Below, one piece after another: positions 63,626-64,000 of a stretch of 64,000 bases of DNA. The notes below the pieces were generated by a model that was given only the letters and a program-made list of their open reading frames with translations, did not search any database and was not told where the DNA came from. The translations under genes were made by a program, and so were the position numbers. Each line of letters starts with the position of its first letter. Positions within the stretch are counted from its first letter, which is position 1. Source of the DNA: Pseudomonadota bacterium (lineage in GTDB: Bacteria; Pseudomonadota; Alphaproteobacteria; Caedimonadales; UBA1908); the NCBI GenBank assembly GCA_020161545.1, contig JAIUNT010000001.1, forward strand, positions 25,471 through 89,470, in the 5' to 3' direction.

Positions 63626-64000
63626 ATGACACTCCATTTGATCAAACTCTGGGTTGGACACACGTCTCTCAAAGACCTCCTTGATTATCAAGAGAGCGCG
63701 CTTAAGCACCTTGCTGCATCCAACCAAACGCGTGAACTTATGCACGTCACCCGCAACTTTCCCAAGCGTGCCCAGGAGCTCCTCGACGGGGGCTCCATTT
63801 ACTGGGTCATCAAAAATACCATTGTGGGCCGGCAACGCATTGTTGACCTGCAACACGTGGTGAAGGATGACCTGCCCCACTGCGCCATTATCTATGACAA
63901 GGAATTTGTTCACGTCCAAATGCGCCCCCACAGACCCTTCCAAGGGTGGCGCTATCTTGAGGGGCGTGACGCGCCGCCTGACGTGGGCGCCAATCTGCAT
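63626..64000 (+). CDS. DUF1489 family protein (3' end runs off the window)
   Basis: This ORF is not in the supplied ORF track because it has no stop in the window. My translation from ATG 63626 is MTLHLIKLWVGHTSLKDLLDYQ...GGSIYWVIKNTIVGRQRIV...RPFQGWRYLEGRDAPPD. That matches my recollection of the alphaproteobacterial DUF1489 pattern (HLIKLCVG...GGSLYWVIKG...RPFQGWRYL). Confidence 0.75.
   Translation, partial: MTLHLIKLWVGHTSLKDLLDYQESALKHLAASNQTRELMHVTRNFPKRAQELLDGGSIYWVIKNTIVGRQRIVDLQHVVKDDLPHCAIIYDKEFVHVQMRPHRPFQGWRYLEGRDAPPDVGANLH

Noticed and set aside
1-64000. A search for transposases, integrases, phage genes, rRNA, tmRNA, riboswitches and known defence-system hallmarks.
   Set aside because: No ORF translation or intergenic sequence showed recognisable signatures of any of these. 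The UvrD-family helicase has a housekeeping context and full repair-helicase motifs, so it is not called as a defence gene.

Overview
This is a chromosomal segment with an alphaproteobacterial gene repertoire. Backbone genes include the iscS-iscU-iscA-hscB-hscA operon, truA-fmt-def, rpmF-plsX-fabH-fdxA, a plant-type gshA, usg, DUF1489, a short-type proS, lolCE-lolD, topA, rnr, uvrD, dprA, plsY and rlmB/rlmJ. There is one tRNA-Gly(GCC). I found no rRNA, CRISPR array, transposase, integrase or phage genes. The backbone is broken by at least six accessory islets that lack mobility genes. These islets encode almost only signal-peptide proteins whose function I cannot recognise, and I count 17 such proteins by eye. 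Three paralog families stand out. (1) A five-gene tandem array at 9.7-15.3 kb is arranged as A | A-B | A-B modules. It lies next to a secreted S8 subtilase and a 1097-aa secreted LRR protein, all inserted between a lid-less hscA and truA. (2) Three tandem copies plus one dispersed copy of a degenerate RNI-like LRR family lie at 19.6-22.4 kb and 61.5-62.5 kb. They sit beside a clear 28-residue RNI-type LRR protein whose upstream ORF carries an F-box-like motif in another reading frame. (3) A pair of secreted paralogs lies at 44.8-47.1 kb. A modular intergenic repeat of about 40-170 bp occurs three times, each time in a convergent gene gap. The content of eukaryote-like LRR and F-box-like proteins, secreted families and no mobile DNA suggests a host-associated, possibly protist-associated, lifestyle, but that is inference. 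The five-gene array is my best candidate for an undescribed system. Its function cannot be read from the sequence.
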